Of a stretch of DNA of 64,000 nucleotides, positions 20,773 through 31,736 are shown piece after piece; within the stretch, counting starts at the first letter, position 1, and every line of letters starts with the position of its first letter. The stretch lies in IMG/VR virus record IMGVR_UViG_3300025154_001556; one strand, given 5' to 3'. The notes under the pieces are model-generated. The model was not told where the DNA came from and did no database searches. It was given only the letters and a program-made list of their open reading frames with translations. The position numbers and the translations under genes were made by a program. This stretch comes from a virus (lineage: Duplodnaviria > Caudoviricetes).

Positions 20773-21041
20773 TATTGATAAACCTCATAATGTGCTTTTA
20801 ACACGTCAGTTACGTCAGGAACAATGACTGTGAAAGTTATTTGTGTGTCTGTATTTTCTACAAAATCGTCTGGGCTATACAATGATTGTCCATTGTAATC
20901 TATTATTATCTTACCAGCTTTAAAAGAGGAGGGTGTGCTAAAAGTTTTATTAATGCCGTTCTGAGCACCTATAAGTAGTTCAGCAAGCTTAATATAAGAA
21001 GTCTTTTTTACTTTTCTAAGAACTATCATAGTAAACTCCAA
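20772..21041 (-). CDS. Small beta-sandwich structural protein
   Basis: 89 aa; GINKTF...YNGQ.L....DF.E....ITF pattern. Confidence 0.5.
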   Translation of the reverse strand: MEFTMIVLRKVKKTSYIKLAELLIGAQNGINKTFSTPSSFKAGKIIIDYNGQSLYSPDDFVENTDTQITFTVIVPDVTDVLKAHYEVYQ

Positions 21042-21103
21042 TTAATAGAAGGGGTTAAAATAGCACATTTTAACCCCAACATAATAAGAACCATGGATAA
21101 GCA

Positions 21104-21490
21104 TTATTCGCCAGAATTATCTAATTCTTCTTCGTACATAATGTCATCAACATTTTTAGATATAGTAGACTCTGGTACTGTATCAATATTGTCTTCTATA
21201 ACTACTCCGCGCAATTTAAGCATAGTAGCTTGACGTGCTTTATCTCGTTCGGCGGCGCGTATAATACTATCCACCAGGTCAACAATTATTTTTTCGTTAG
21301 CTCTTAGCTGTCCAAGCTCACCTTGTAGCAAACTGAGCTGTCTTTGTTTCTTTTCAATTTCTTGCCTAAAACGTTCAATCAAAGTTACTACAAAACCAGC
21401 CTCAGATCGTGACATCAGTTTTTCTTCTTCTGCTTTCATCATAACTTTACGAAGTCTGTTTCTCTCATCTCTATCCTGTACACCTTCCAT
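21104..21490 (-). CDS. Coiled-coil hypothetical protein
   Basis: 128 aa with heptad-like Q/L/E-rich segment; RBS present. Confidence 0.6.
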   Translation of the reverse strand: MEGVQDRDERNRLRKVMMKAEEEKLMSRSEAGFVVTLIERFRQEIEKKQRQLSLLQGELGQLRANEKIIVDLVDSIIRAAERDKARQATMLKLRGVVIEDNIDTVPESTISKNVDDIMYEEELDNSGE

Positions 21491-21528
21491 AATAAATCTC
21501 CTTTATTCCGTTTGTATTAATTATGAAA

Positions 21529-21546
21529 GAGGGGCTTACGCCCCTC
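21529..21546 (-). terminator. Intrinsic terminator
   Basis: GAGGGGC-GTAA-GCCCCTC followed by TTTC on the minus strand, just after the 21561 stop. Confidence 0.7.
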
Positions 21547-21560
21547 CTTATTTTACACTA

Positions 21561-23066
21561 TTACTGTTTAACTACATAAGTAATATTTCTACCTGGTTGT
21601 ATATTAAATCTGAAAGTTATACTTGTAGTAGAAGTCTCAGCATAGTCACGATCGGCATTAACACCAGCAGCGCCAGTGTCTGCGGCGAGCAACTGACCGT
21701 CAACATATACATCCATATTAGCACCTTCCTGGCCGGCAGTAGACACCGGTGTGTAGGTTATACTATAAGGCAGGGCGTGTGCTGTATTAGAATCAATTTG
21801 TGTACCAACAGATTCTACGTATTTAGCACCTGATGTAGCATCAAGAGACCCTTGGATAGTATTGATGGCGTCATCTAATGTGCTGATAGCATCCACCAGA
21901 TTAGAACCATCTGCTACGTAATAATTGTTAGCGAAGTCAACTGTACCTGAAGAGGTAGCACCAACAGCACCCTGTAGATCTGATATGTCACCATTAATAG
22001 TAGATATAGAGGTATTAATACCACCAATATCTGATACGATGCCTGAAATATCACCATCATTGGATATAATAGCTTCACTCAAAGCGTCCAAAGAAACTGT
22101 AATATCCTCACCGTCAGTAAGGTAAGTAGCTGACGTATAAGTTGCATCACCGATACCTGTATTTAAAGCATCAATAGCTGATTTTAAACTGGTGGGTGAG
22201 GCATTTAACAGATAGTTACCTGTAATGCTATCCCAAGGTGTAGCACTACCATCATTATCCGTGGCGCCGGTGAATGTCCAAATATTGTGAATGTCTTCAA
22301 CCAGCTCAACATCGCCTTCCCAAGAGCTAACAAAGTCTGTACGCAGCCACTCATACTCCGACATTTCTGACATTAGTTTACGGTAAGGATACACGAAAGC
22401 TACAGCTGCGGGAACAGCCCCTTCCAAAGTAGATAGGTCTGTAGCAACACCGTTAGCATAAAATTTGGCATAAACATCAGTACCGGTACCTGTACCGCCG
22501 AAATCAGCACCATCATGGAACTTAGCATAAATAGTATTACCGCTAGCATCCTTCATTTCATTGCCGGTATCCAGATTAATAACGTCAACTCTAACTACTC
22601 TGTCAAGACCACCCTCGTCAAAGTAACTACCAGTATTAGCTGTACTAGCAAAAATAGGTAGACCACGTCTGTCAGTAGGCGTAGCGTAGGCTGTAGTTGC
22701 GGAGATAAGTGCGCCGGCAGTAGTGCCTGATACGGTGTAACCAGCACCAGAATTGTCATCTGATACGGCTAAAATTACTGTCTTAGCATCTAGGGTGTTG
22801 TTTTTGATATTGGTAAGGTTAAGATCTTTATTGGCAGCGCTTCCAGCGTCGGTATTAGACGGGTCAAAGTAGTTGCCCAAATCACCAAACCAATCCGAAG
22901 TACCTTTTAGTTCTTTTACCAAGGTACGCATAACGTTTAAATCTTGTTCCAGTGAACCTGATACAGTGGGCTCGGCAACACCCGATGTATACACACTGGC
23001 TACAGCATCATCATAAGTCGCTGAACGTCGAATTTGTTCTAATTGTCTAAGTAAACTTCTAGCCAT
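21561..23066 (-). CDS. Virion structural/fibre-like protein
   Basis: 501 aa, Ala/Gly/Thr/Asp-rich, with a coiled LDDAI-type segment and a beta-rich C-terminus. Confidence 0.55.
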   Translation of the reverse strand: MARSLLRQLEQIRRSATYDDAVASVYTSGVAEPTVSGSLEQDLNVMRTLVKELKGTSDWFGDLGNYFDPSNTDAGSAANKDLNLTNIKNNTLDAKTVILAVSDDNSGAGYTVSGTTAGALISATTAYATPTDRRGLPIFASTANTGSYFDEGGLDRVVRVDVINLDTGNEMKDASGNTIYAKFHDGADFGGTGTGTDVYAKFYANGVATDLSTLEGAVPAAVAFVYPYRKLMSEMSEYEWLRTDFVSSWEGDVELVEDIHNIWTFTGATDNDGSATPWDSITGNYLLNASPTSLKSAIDALNTGIGDATYTSATYLTDGEDITVSLDALSEAIISNDGDISGIVSDIGGINTSISTINGDISDLQGAVGATSSGTVDFANNYYVADGSNLVDAISTLDDAINTIQGSLDATSGAKYVESVGTQIDSNTAHALPYSITYTPVSTAGQEGANMDVYVDGQLLAADTGAAGVNADRDYAETSTTSITFRFNIQPGRNITYVVKQ

Positions 23067-23142
23067 AATAGGTTTCCTCCAAAATTGTGTAAATTGTTAG
23101 ACGCCAGCGTAGATTAGTTCAAAAACCTAGTAGAATTTTATG

Positions 23143-23649
23143 CTACCTGGCTATTTTTAGTTCTGTAATGCGCTTTCTCAAAATACGACAAAGACTGTCT
23201 TTGTTTGATAAAGAAGAAGCTTGTTGAAGAGCATACTGTAAAAGTTTTACATCTGTTAGTTGTGGCATCATATCTCTTGCCTTTCTAACTGGAAGTCCTA
23301 CTAAGTCAGAGACCGATATCCCTTTGGGCACTATTGGAGTTACATGGTCTGTTTTTCTACTACTAACTTTACTTTCTTCATTTTTTGCTGCACCTTCCAC
23401 AGTATTGTTTACTTCAACCGCTACTTCTGGGGTGACTCTTGTTCCGTCATCATAAACTATTTTCCATCTGTTAGGATCACGTAATTTTATAGATTTAAGC
23501 CACTCTATAAAAGGCGCACCTTCCTCTATTGCATGCTTCTTGCCGTACTGTATGTACAGCTCGTCCAATTCAATCTTACCACCAGGCCTAATAGCACGCT
23601 TCATAGCGTGGGCCCACCCAGATGTAATGTTTTGTATATAACCAATCAT
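23143..23649 (-). CDS. Hypothetical protein
   Basis: 168 aa with a strong AAGGAG RBS. Confidence 0.6.
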   Translation of the reverse strand: MIGYIQNITSGWAHAMKRAIRPGGKIELDELYIQYGKKHAIEEGAPFIEWLKSIKLRDPNRWKIVYDDGTRVTPEVAVEVNNTVEGAAKNEESKVSSRKTDHVTPIVPKGISVSDLVGLPVRKARDMMPQLTDVKLLQYALQQASSLSNKDSLCRILRKRITELKIAR

Positions 23650-23715
23650 AATAATCTCCTTTTCTTTTTTAGTTTACCTTTTCCTGTAGTTTACCTTAAT
23701 GCTAATTGTACTTAT

Positions 23716-24039
23716 TTACTTCACTCCCCACAGCCTATCTATACTAAAATGTATTATGTTTGATAGCCTATGAAAAATTAAAATCGTTGGTAATATTAAA
23801 AGTATACTTGGTAAATACCCATATAAAACCAAATAAAAAAATAGTGTAGAAAACATACTTACCCAAACCGACAAACAATAAGGGCAATCAAGGACAGAGT
23901 GTATAAAATTAAAAACTTTTTTACTTTTCTTATTAAAAACCCATTCTCTTACAGGAGAAAAAAATTCTGATTTACTTACTAATTCAGTAGTTGCTTCTAT
24001 CGATAATGGTATAAGTATAAAAAATAGTATATAATACAC
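23716..24039 (-). CDS. DUF1360-like membrane protein
   Basis: Hydrophobic; LDCPYCLSVWVS matches the CxxC.S.W family signature as I recall it. Confidence 0.7.
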   Translation of the reverse strand: MYYILFFILIPLSIEATTELVSKSEFFSPVREWVFNKKSKKVFNFIHSVLDCPYCLSVWVSMFSTLFFYLVLYGYLPSILLILPTILIFHRLSNIIHFSIDRLWGVK

Positions 24040-24238
24040 AAGGCCACATATAAGTATAAGGTTAATTAAAGTTATTTATATTCTATATATAGATAGGTTA
24101 CTTAATTGTACAGATATAAGATGTAAAACATTGTATTTTAACATATTACTAATTTTATAACCAACCACTTACAATTATTACATGCTTTTTGTTTGGAACT
24201 TTTGAGATAAAATGTATGCTTATACATAAAATAAAAAT

Positions 24239-24273
24239 ACCCTACACAGCACTAGTTAATGGCTGTGTAGGGT
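24239..24273 (-). terminator. Terminator after the major capsid gene
   Basis: Perfect 12-bp stem ACCCTACACAGC-N11-GCTGTGTAGGGT followed by ATTTTTATTTT on the minus strand. Confidence 0.8.
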
Positions 24274-24294
24274 GTGTAAAACAATTATAGCATA

Positions 24295-25365
24295 TTACAG
24301 GGAACGGTCAATTATACCCATGCCCAACATACGGCTATCGAGACACGCGAATCCAAGCTCTGCCCAACCAAAAAAGCCTTGTTTTTGCTGGCGAAGTAAA
24401 ACAGGATCTTCAATTGCCTCAAACTCTTTTCTAACAGGCATTACAAGAGAATCATTTACAGACATATCAAAGCCATAAATCTGAGTCTCTCCAAGAGTAG
24501 CTATTGTACCATCAGCTGCGGTAATATTACCGTGCTCTAATGTGTAGGAATTGTACTGGTTGCTGCTATCAGCAGTAAACTTGCCGTAAGCAGACGTATT
24601 GTCGTTGATATTGTAAAGACCGGTAGCGCCAAGATGTTGAATTTCATGCATTACAACACCCCAAATCTGACCCATACCAGCTACCTGGAAGATTTCTCTT
24701 CGGGTTATCGGATCAATATCGGTATCAGTCCATTCACGGATATCAGCTGCATCTTCTGGGCTGATATAAAGGTCTGTGAGTTTACGACCAGTACGTTTAA
24801 AACCAGTAATCATTTTATTGATAAGTTCTTTTGATAGATAACCAGCACCAGTTGACCCAGGGGATATCTCGTAAATAGGTGCCGGTCTAGAACCAAGCAG
24901 ACCCTTACCTGAAAAAGAAGATGTTGCTGCAGGTACTATTACCCGCCAACCACTTTCTTCTTCATAGTTAGCTAAGTCTTTAGCTACACGTGCAGCAGCA
25001 CGTTGCGGAATATCTATACGTGAGTCTCTGGCATAGGTGATTTTCCAATCAGCCGAAGAGGCGATAGTAAAAGTAGGTATGTTTACTTCTTCACCGATAC
25101 CTTCGATGAAGTTTTGGGCAACATAACCAAGACCTGGGAGAACCCAAACAGGTATCTCAAAATCTTCAGCTACTGGGTATACAGCCTGTGCACCTGGCCC
25201 GAGGCGTTCAACAGTAAATAACTGTCGCATAACCGACTCCAACTCAATCTTTTGCAAAATAGGTACAGTCAAAGCGGCGGCGAATGCCCTATAAGCGGCC
25301 AAACCTTCTGGGGTCTGCACATTAGCTGTGGCCTTAAAAAGTTCTTGCATTTCATGTTTTTCCAT
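24295..25365 (-). CDS. Major capsid protein (HK97 fold)
   Basis: 356 aa, downstream of portal, protease and scaffold; strong RBS and terminator; C-terminal EDP..LRQQKQGFFGWAELGF.CLD typical of large-phage MCPs. Confidence 0.85.
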   Translation of the reverse strand: MEKHEMQELFKATANVQTPEGLAAYRAFAAALTVPILQKIELESVMRQLFTVERLGPGAQAVYPVAEDFEIPVWVLPGLGYVAQNFIEGIGEEVNIPTFTIASSADWKITYARDSRIDIPQRAAARVAKDLANYEEESGWRVIVPAATSSFSGKGLLGSRPAPIYEISPGSTGAGYLSKELINKMITGFKRTGRKLTDLYISPEDAADIREWTDTDIDPITRREIFQVAGMGQIWGVVMHEIQHLGATGLYNINDNTSAYGKFTADSSNQYNSYTLEHGNITAADGTIATLGETQIYGFDMSVNDSLVMPVRKEFEAIEDPVLLRQQKQGFFGWAELGFACLDSRMLGMGIIDRSL

Positions 25366-25431
25366 GATTTATTTGCTCCTTTAAATATTTATTTTCGGAA
25401 GTATTAATTTACTTTAATCCGATTTAACTTA

Positions 25432-26067
25432 CTAAATTAACAGCTTTACTCTAATAGGGTATAAAACAGTATTATCAATATTAGCTTGGCACTTAGCAAC
25501 ACTGGCGCCCTTAACTACACGGGCTACAACAGTAGTATTACCAGTACATCTAGCACCGGTAGCTGCATCAGTTGCACCATCTGAATTAGTAGTACTGTTT
25601 GTTAATTTTGCCTCATCGGCGGCGGCAAACAGAGCTAAACCAGGGGTCATAGCGGTCTGTACAACACTAGCTAACATGGTACATGTATAATGTACTGTAT
25701 CCCAAATACCGAGATGGGCTACACCGACCGGCGCTTCTTTTGTACCAGTAATAACACCAGCAGAACTATAAGTAGGCTGCGCAATAACATCACTTGAACC
25801 CAGGTCACCAGGCATAACGTAACCAGCAGGATGAACCTGATGATAACCTGTTTTGACTTTTTGCATGATAAAACCAAAAGGTACTTCAGCAGCGGCGGCG
25901 TGTGACATCTTAATGACTTCTGCTTCCTGATTTACAGCAGCAGAGTTCAAATATACAATAGAACCTGCATAAGCAACTACACCACCAACACCAGCGGAAC
26001 CGGTTGCTGTTTGAGCTGCATATTTACAGAATTGATTTTCTACTACAGAGTGTCTTGGTATAAACAT
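25432..26067 (-). CDS. Capsid decoration/cement protein
   Basis: 211 aa, Ala/Gly/Thr-rich, directly upstream of the MCP. Confidence 0.6.
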   Translation of the reverse strand: MFIPRHSVVENQFCKYAAQTATGSAGVGGVVAYAGSIVYLNSAAVNQEAEVIKMSHAAAAEVPFGFIMQKVKTGYHQVHPAGYVMPGDLGSSDVIAQPTYSSAGVITGTKEAPVGVAHLGIWDTVHYTCTMLASVVQTAMTPGLALFAAADEAKLTNSTTNSDGATDAATGARCTGNTTVVARVVKGASVAKCQANIDNTVLYPIRVKLLI

Positions 26068-26091
26068 ATCTGTTTTCCTCCTTACCTCTAA

Positions 26092-26814
26092 TTATTCAGA
26101 TTTTTTAAACATATCTGCCATTGCCTGGCCTAGTTTACTGTATTTAGCCTTCACATCATCTGAAGGAACCCCCTCCAAGTTTAAAGCAGCTGATACAGCC
26201 TTATTAGGATCTATATTAGCAGGAGGTACAGCCCCAAGATTTTGATTTGTACTATTTGCAGCGGCGGCGGCTTTATTAGCTTCATCTTCTTTGATTTTTG
26301 CTTCAGCAGCGGCGGCTGCTTTTTCATCTGCTTCTTTTTTAGCTGCTTCCATTTCGGCCATCACAGCCTCTCTAATAGAGACTAGCTCGTCTTTATAAGC
26401 GGCAAATTCCTCATCAGACATTTCTCTAACTTTGGCAATCTGAGATTCTTTGTCCTTACGAAGGATGCCTGCCGTTTCTAATGCAAGCATTCTAACTTCA
26501 GCAGCTTTGTCTTTCCGCATCTTTTCTATTTCGGCCTCTACACCAGCTAATTTCTCAGCAACAGTTGATTTCTCAAGTTTAGCTGCCTCAAGCTCACTTT
26601 TGAGTTCTTCAACGGTTTTATTCAAAGTAGCTACAGTCTCTTCTTTTACAAGAATCTCGGCGCTTTTTTCTTCCAAAGCGGTAGCTAATTCGTCAATAGT
26701 GTTAGCAGAGGTTTGAAGAGCTTCTTCCGTTTTCTGCTTCATTGCGGCCTCTTCTTTTTCTGAAAAGATTGCCTTTATTAAAACTTCGACATCTTTTTTG
26801 AATTTATCTTCCAT
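26092..26814 (-). CDS. Capsid scaffolding protein
   Basis: 240 aa coiled coil rich in E/K/A, between the protease and MCP. Confidence 0.65.
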   Translation of the reverse strand: MEDKFKKDVEVLIKAIFSEKEEAAMKQKTEEALQTSANTIDELATALEEKSAEILVKEETVATLNKTVEELKSELEAAKLEKSTVAEKLAGVEAEIEKMRKDKAAEVRMLALETAGILRKDKESQIAKVREMSDEEFAAYKDELVSIREAVMAEMEAAKKEADEKAAAAAEAKIKEDEANKAAAAANSTNQNLGAVPPANIDPNKAVSAALNLEGVPSDDVKAKYSKLGQAMADMFKKSE

Positions 26815-26913
26815 TTATAAACCTCCTAATGTTCTTTAAATATATAAAGTTAAACTTATTTTTTTTAATACCAACCTTTAATCCTTTTCCAAACCAACTA
26901 GTTTAAAATAAAA

Positions 26914-27336
26914 CTACGGCAACATCTGAGAAGCGCCGGTATTACCGCGACAACTCATATTTGTTAAGTCAGGATTTACACCTAACTGTGCATGTACAAC
27001 CACAACTGTGTCACTGGCGGCAGCAGTAGAACATACCACAGTAACAACATTGTTTACTTTATCTTTTGAGATGTAGCAGCTGCCTACATCACCTTCTGGA
27101 GTAGCTACAAATTTACCGTATGAAGCTAAGTCGTAACCATGGAATTTAATTCCACTAGCAACAACGGCTGTTGTTGCACCACTAATTACAGTGATTTCAT
27201 CAGCCCATAAATAAGGGGCTGAATGGTTATTACCTAAATTACGATAAACCATAGTAGCTCTATCATCACCCATTATTTTACATACTTTAGGTGTGCTGGC
27301 TCTTTCGCCAGTCAACGGTTGTCCGATAGAACCCAT
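26914..27336 (-). CDS. Head-associated hypothetical protein
   Basis: 140 aa in the head module. Confidence 0.5.
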   Translation of the reverse strand: MGSIGQPLTGERASTPKVCKIMGDDRATMVYRNLGNNHSAPYLWADEITVISGATTAVVASGIKFHGYDLASYGKFVATPEGDVGSCYISKDKVNNVVTVVCSTAAASDTVVVVHAQLGVNPDLTNMSCRGNTGASQMLP

Positions 27337-27362
27337 AATTTAATCCTCCTTAACTTATTTTA

Positions 27363-28502
27363 TTAATATAAACCTTGTTTAGCCTTGTTAACTTTCTTTA
27401 ATAAGTCATCAATTAATTGGCTGCGTTTAGCTTCTGCTTCTTTCTTATTTAATAAATCATTTACACACGCGGTGGCAAGCGCGGGTATTTGATGTCTTAA
27501 ACAATCTGGATCAGAAGTATCCCTAGAAAAAGAAGTACATTGCTGATCATAAGCTGTACACCAATTTTCTTTTAAAACATTACTATTTTGATCTTGTGTT
27601 ATACTATCTATAAGTCTTTTTTTATAATTTACACATATACCTATTGTATCTGTGTAAACTAACTCTGATTTTTCTTTAACATCTTCTATTGTTTTTTCAT
27701 CCTCTATATTAGAGGAGGTTACATTATTAGCTATTTCAGTTACTTTGTCATAGTCTAGTATTAGGGGCTCGTCTTGATTTGTAACAGCATTGTCTTTTTG
27801 TGTTGCAGTTTCTAATATTACAGAGGGAGGATTAGCTGGATTTTTAACAATACCCACACCAGAAAAGCATATCCCTCTTAATACCCTCGCAGCTTTACCA
27901 CTGGCTATCTCAACACCCTTTTTTACTACTTTAACCATAGTACCAAAAGCAGTTGATTTTTCTGTGGGGAAGCCCAATAAATCTGCTTCTTTTTTATCTA
28001 AGATAAGATTACCTATTTTTACATCATAGCTTTGGTAATATGCTTCCATACTAACTTTCCATTGATTATCGGAAACTTCCTTAGCTATATTTGGAAATCT
28101 ACTTTTATAGATAATGCCAGCTATTAATATGTGCATATCAGAGGTATCTAATGATGCTTTTTCCATACTGGCTAATTCTTGAACATCCAGTTTATTGCCG
28201 TCTGCATCTACAAAAGCGTAGTCATAAATATGACCGATGATATCTGCTTCTTCGTGTTCAACATCGACAGCTTTGCTGGTGATTGATCCAGAAGCCAAAA
28301 CTAACTCTGATGGTAGAAAATGCGCTAAATTTAAATTAGTACCACTACTTACAAACAAAGCACTAAAATATTGAAGATCTGGTTGTTTATTGCTTTTATC
28401 TGGAAGTTTAATTACAGAAGAGACTTCTTTTCTGAGAGCCTCTGTTTCTTCCACCAAATCTATTTTGGCTTCCATATAAAATTTATTATTAATTTCTTTC
28501 AC
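27363..28502 (-). CDS. Prohead maturation protease (assemblin-like)
   Basis: DVEHE..IIGHI, KVSMEAYY and FSGVGIVKNPANP motifs; follows the portal. Confidence 0.75.
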   Translation of the reverse strand: MKEINNKFYMEAKIDLVEETEALRKEVSSVIKLPDKSNKQPDLQYFSALFVSSGTNLNLAHFLPSELVLASGSITSKAVDVEHEEADIIGHIYDYAFVDADGNKLDVQELASMEKASLDTSDMHILIAGIIYKSRFPNIAKEVSDNQWKVSMEAYYQSYDVKIGNLILDKKEADLLGFPTEKSTAFGTMVKVVKKGVEIASGKAARVLRGICFSGVGIVKNPANPPSVILETATQKDNAVTNQDEPLILDYDKVTEIANNVTSSNIEDEKTIEDVKEKSELVYTDTIGICVNYKKRLIDSITQDQNSNVLKENWCTAYDQQCTSFSRDTSDPDCLRHQIPALATACVNDLLNKKEAEAKRSQLIDDLLKKVNKAKQGLY

Positions 28503-28576
28503 AATTAAACCTCCGGATAATTATGTAATGACTTCTTATTTAAATACTTAAACTTTATACTTACTTAGTAAGTTAG

Positions 28577-30379
28577 TTAATTACTGTTTCTAATAGAATC
28601 CAATTGCTGTAAAAAAGTACTATATTCTTCTTCTGATAAATCTTTTACTATGTATTCTATTGTATTTAACGACGCTTCTGACTTAGGTGCCTTTGCAGGT
28701 TTTTTAGTTAGTTTCTGTGGATCTGTTTCTTTTTTATTAGTGGGTGATGTAACTTTACCTGAAGGTCTACCATTAGAAGGTGTTCCAACAGGAGCCCCTT
28801 GAACGTCCTGTGTTTTAGCCTGCTGCCATGGACTACCAGCAATCCCAAATATACCATCCTGAACTAATTGAAATTCATTAGTCATATTATTAAGTTCATT
28901 AGGATAATCAAAACCTAATAATTCTAAGGCTGTTTGATAGCTAAGCATCCTTCTATCTACTAACTGTGATATAGTACTCATATATAGAATGATATCCTTT
29001 AATATACTATTATCCCATCTAACTTTCGGAAATCTTTCAAAACCCATAGCCTCAGCTATCTGCCTAAATTCTTTGTACAGCCACCTACTTACTTGGCGGC
29101 GGGCATATTCAATTTCTTCCAATACCCCCTTAATAACCATATTAACACTATCAGCACTGAAATTACCAACACCGTCTATAAGGGCCCTAGTCATACCTAA
29201 ACCACCAGTAATGTCCTCATTCACTTGTTCATATTTAGTTTTGCCTAAAATAGATGAAATTTCAGGGCTAACTATTTTTTCTACTTTTAATGTGTGGTTC
29301 CATACAACATCGAAGGATTTACTTGGGGTATTAAATAACGCGGCTACTGCTTCTAATTCTGCTTGTGACGTTACTGGATATTCGTCATTACCCACAGTGA
29401 TTTTTAGTATATAGTTAGATATACCATCTAGTGTACTTAAATCAGCCTCACGTAATGCTTTTTTATAGTTTAAGGAATCGAACACCCTAGTAAGTTTAGG
29501 TCTTGCATAACGTTCATAAGGTTGTTTTCTATAAGTAATAGTGCTTACTAACCTAGAATCCAGTTGTAACTCTTTACCACTTTCTGCGGCGGCCCTTAAA
29601 TCACTGGGAAGGGATTTAATCAGTATTTTCTCTTCTTCGGTCAAAGTGCTGGAAGGCTTTTTAAGTAGATCTTTTAATTCTGTGGGTGTTGTGAGTTTAA
29701 CTGACACACTGTCGAAGAGTAAATTGCCGTCTATGGTTACCAATGCTGGATTTAATACTGTGTAGGCTATGGGAAGATGCCCTTTTGACCATATTTTTTT
29801 AGCCGCGGCTGTTTCTAAATTAGCTGTCTTTTTTAATGATTTTCCTGGTGCAGGTGAAAGAGTAGATACTCTTGGTTCATATTTTGCTACTACTTTGTAA
29901 GTAGTTACCTGCCCTACTTTAAAAAAGTCTAAAAATATCCATTCTAAAACTTCATCCATAGCGATATCAAATATCCAAGTGTCATAAAAATTCTTAATAT
30001 TCTCATCATCTATATCTAATTCAAACCCCTTTACTGCTAAGGAAGCCATTAAGTTTGTTGTGGTACCTACAATTGGATCTGTGTAGTAATACCTAATAGC
30101 CTTTTTATAAGCATCTTGCGGGGTCTCATCATAAGGATCTTTGGCCAAACCAATATCTAATAAAGATCTGCTTATAGCATCTCTTGTTATTGTGGAGGCT
30201 GTTGCCTGATGTATCCTAGGTGTTACAGCGTCACCTGGTTTTTCCAGAAAAGCCAAGGACTTTTTAGTTGGCTGTAAGTAGAACATAGATTTACCATTAG
30301 CTTCATCCAGCTCTATACTTCTTATACCCACATCAGGATATTTTTCTTGTAGTTCACTTGTTAGTTTATTTAAATCCAT
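28577..30379 (-). CDS. Portal protein
   Basis: 600 aa between the terminase region and protease; YYYTDPIVGT..NL, YARP.L.RVFD, P.VRWD motifs. Confidence 0.8.
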   Translation of the reverse strand: MDLNKLTSELQEKYPDVGIRSIELDEANGKSMFYLQPTKKSLAFLEKPGDAVTPRIHQATASTITRDAISRSLLDIGLAKDPYDETPQDAYKKAIRYYYTDPIVGTTTNLMASLAVKGFELDIDDENIKNFYDTWIFDIAMDEVLEWIFLDFFKVGQVTTYKVVAKYEPRVSTLSPAPGKSLKKTANLETAAAKKIWSKGHLPIAYTVLNPALVTIDGNLLFDSVSVKLTTPTELKDLLKKPSSTLTEEEKILIKSLPSDLRAAAESGKELQLDSRLVSTITYRKQPYERYARPKLTRVFDSLNYKKALREADLSTLDGISNYILKITVGNDEYPVTSQAELEAVAALFNTPSKSFDVVWNHTLKVEKIVSPEISSILGKTKYEQVNEDITGGLGMTRALIDGVGNFSADSVNMVIKGVLEEIEYARRQVSRWLYKEFRQIAEAMGFERFPKVRWDNSILKDIILYMSTISQLVDRRMLSYQTALELLGFDYPNELNNMTNEFQLVQDGIFGIAGSPWQQAKTQDVQGAPVGTPSNGRPSGKVTSPTNKKETDPQKLTKKPAKAPKSEASLNTIEYIVKDLSEEEYSTFLQQLDSIRNSN

Positions 30380-30397
30380 TATTTAAGCCCCTTAGTA

Positions 30398-30763
30398 TTA
30401 AACTCTTGTGTATCTTTCATAAACCCTTACTTCGGAATCTAGTCCTGTACTTACTATATATAGTGGTGCATTTGTTACATCTTCCCATTCACCCCCAGAA
30501 CCGGCTACTAATATACCATCAGCAGCCGACACACCAGAGGCAGTTATAATAGACACATCAACAGTGCCTATATTTATAACCTTTACATAATTTCTATTAT
30601 GTAAAGGAGTTGCAGGTAGCAGTGTGGGTGTGCCACTAACAGTTATAGTAGAAGTAACTATTTTATCATAATTATCTCTACGCCCTATAATGTCTTCTAT
30701 TTCATATGGCGGCGGAACGCCAACTGCTCTTGATCTTGTGTAATCATCTGTCCATGAAGCCAT
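30398..30763 (-). CDS. Hypothetical beta-rich protein
   Basis: 121 aa with RBS. Confidence 0.55.
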   Translation of the reverse strand: MASWTDDYTRSRAVGVPPPYEIEDIIGRRDNYDKIVTSTITVSGTPTLLPATPLHNRNYVKVINIGTVDVSIITASGVSAADGILVAGSGGEWEDVTNAPLYIVSTGLDSEVRVYERYTRV

Positions 30764-30776
30764 AAGCTGTCTCTCC

Positions 30777-31736
30777 TTAAAATAAAGTGCTTATAGATAC
30801 ACCAGCACTGTAATTGGAATCTTTGTCTAAATAAATTGTTGGTCCTATGAATAAGTTTTCCATCAAAGGAAGCGGTTTACCTACATTATATTTAACTGGG
30901 GTAAAATACATAATTTCGGTATCAGAAGCTTTGGCAGCACCAAAGGCTATGAACTGCCAGTCACTGTCAGCTTTTGTTTTACCATAACTAAATAAACCTA
31001 AATCTAAACCTACCGCAGTAGCTGTACCAAATATACCAGAAAAACCTATTCTTGGGCTGTACCAAAATTTCTTTTCTTTTTCTTCACGTTTTGCCCAATT
31101 GTCGATAGTAAGGGCTACTGGAAATTTTTTATATGTACCATCCTCATTTTTACCAAGTGACGACCAGTGATTTTCTACCCATGCTTCGGCATACCTTTTA
31201 GGGTTACCGTCATCATCTGTTGTTTCCACTATATCGGTTTTTATTTCTAATTTATGTGGTTCGACCGACCAACGTTCTTCACCTTGTATATTTGGACTTA
31301 ATCGTACTACGGCTACTGGATACGGCTTTCCGGTGGCATCATTTAAATTAACTGTAACCTCTTCTAAGTCTCTTTTAGGATTTTCTGGGTCTTTATAAAC
31401 AGTTTCTTTTGCTAGCCAATCTACTTTTCCAGAAAGTGTGGCAGTAGTTCTACCTATTTCATCTACACGTTCTTTATTTTCTTTTATAGTTTTTAATAGC
31501 ACACTATTTTGGGCAACAAGTTGCTCAGTTAACTTTTTAATATCCGCATTGTTTGCGGCTACGGTAGCCACAGCAGCATTAACAGCAATATTCTCTATTG
31601 TGGTTACATCCACGGGATTTTTATCATTACCAGCGAAGCTACTTATTATTTTTGGTATCTCCATGAACAGAAACACTACAAAAGCTATTAAAGCTATTGA
31701 TTTAGTTATATCAAATATATTTGAATCTATTTTCAT
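30777..31736 (-). CDS. Membrane-anchored coiled-coil protein, possible spanin-like
   Basis: N-terminal TM helix, coiled coil, and C-terminal beta-strand region ending in F. Confidence 0.4.
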   Translation of the reverse strand: MKIDSNIFDITKSIALIAFVVFLFMEIPKIISSFAGNDKNPVDVTTIENIAVNAAVATVAANNADIKKLTEQLVAQNSVLLKTIKENKERVDEIGRTTATLSGKVDWLAKETVYKDPENPKRDLEEVTVNLNDATGKPYPVAVVRLSPNIQGEERWSVEPHKLEIKTDIVETTDDDGNPKRYAEAWVENHWSSLGKNEDGTYKKFPVALTIDNWAKREEKEKKFWYSPRIGFSGIFGTATAVGLDLGLFSYGKTKADSDWQFIAFGAAKASDTEIMYFTPVKYNVGKPLPLMENLFIGPTIYLDKDSNYSAGVSISTLF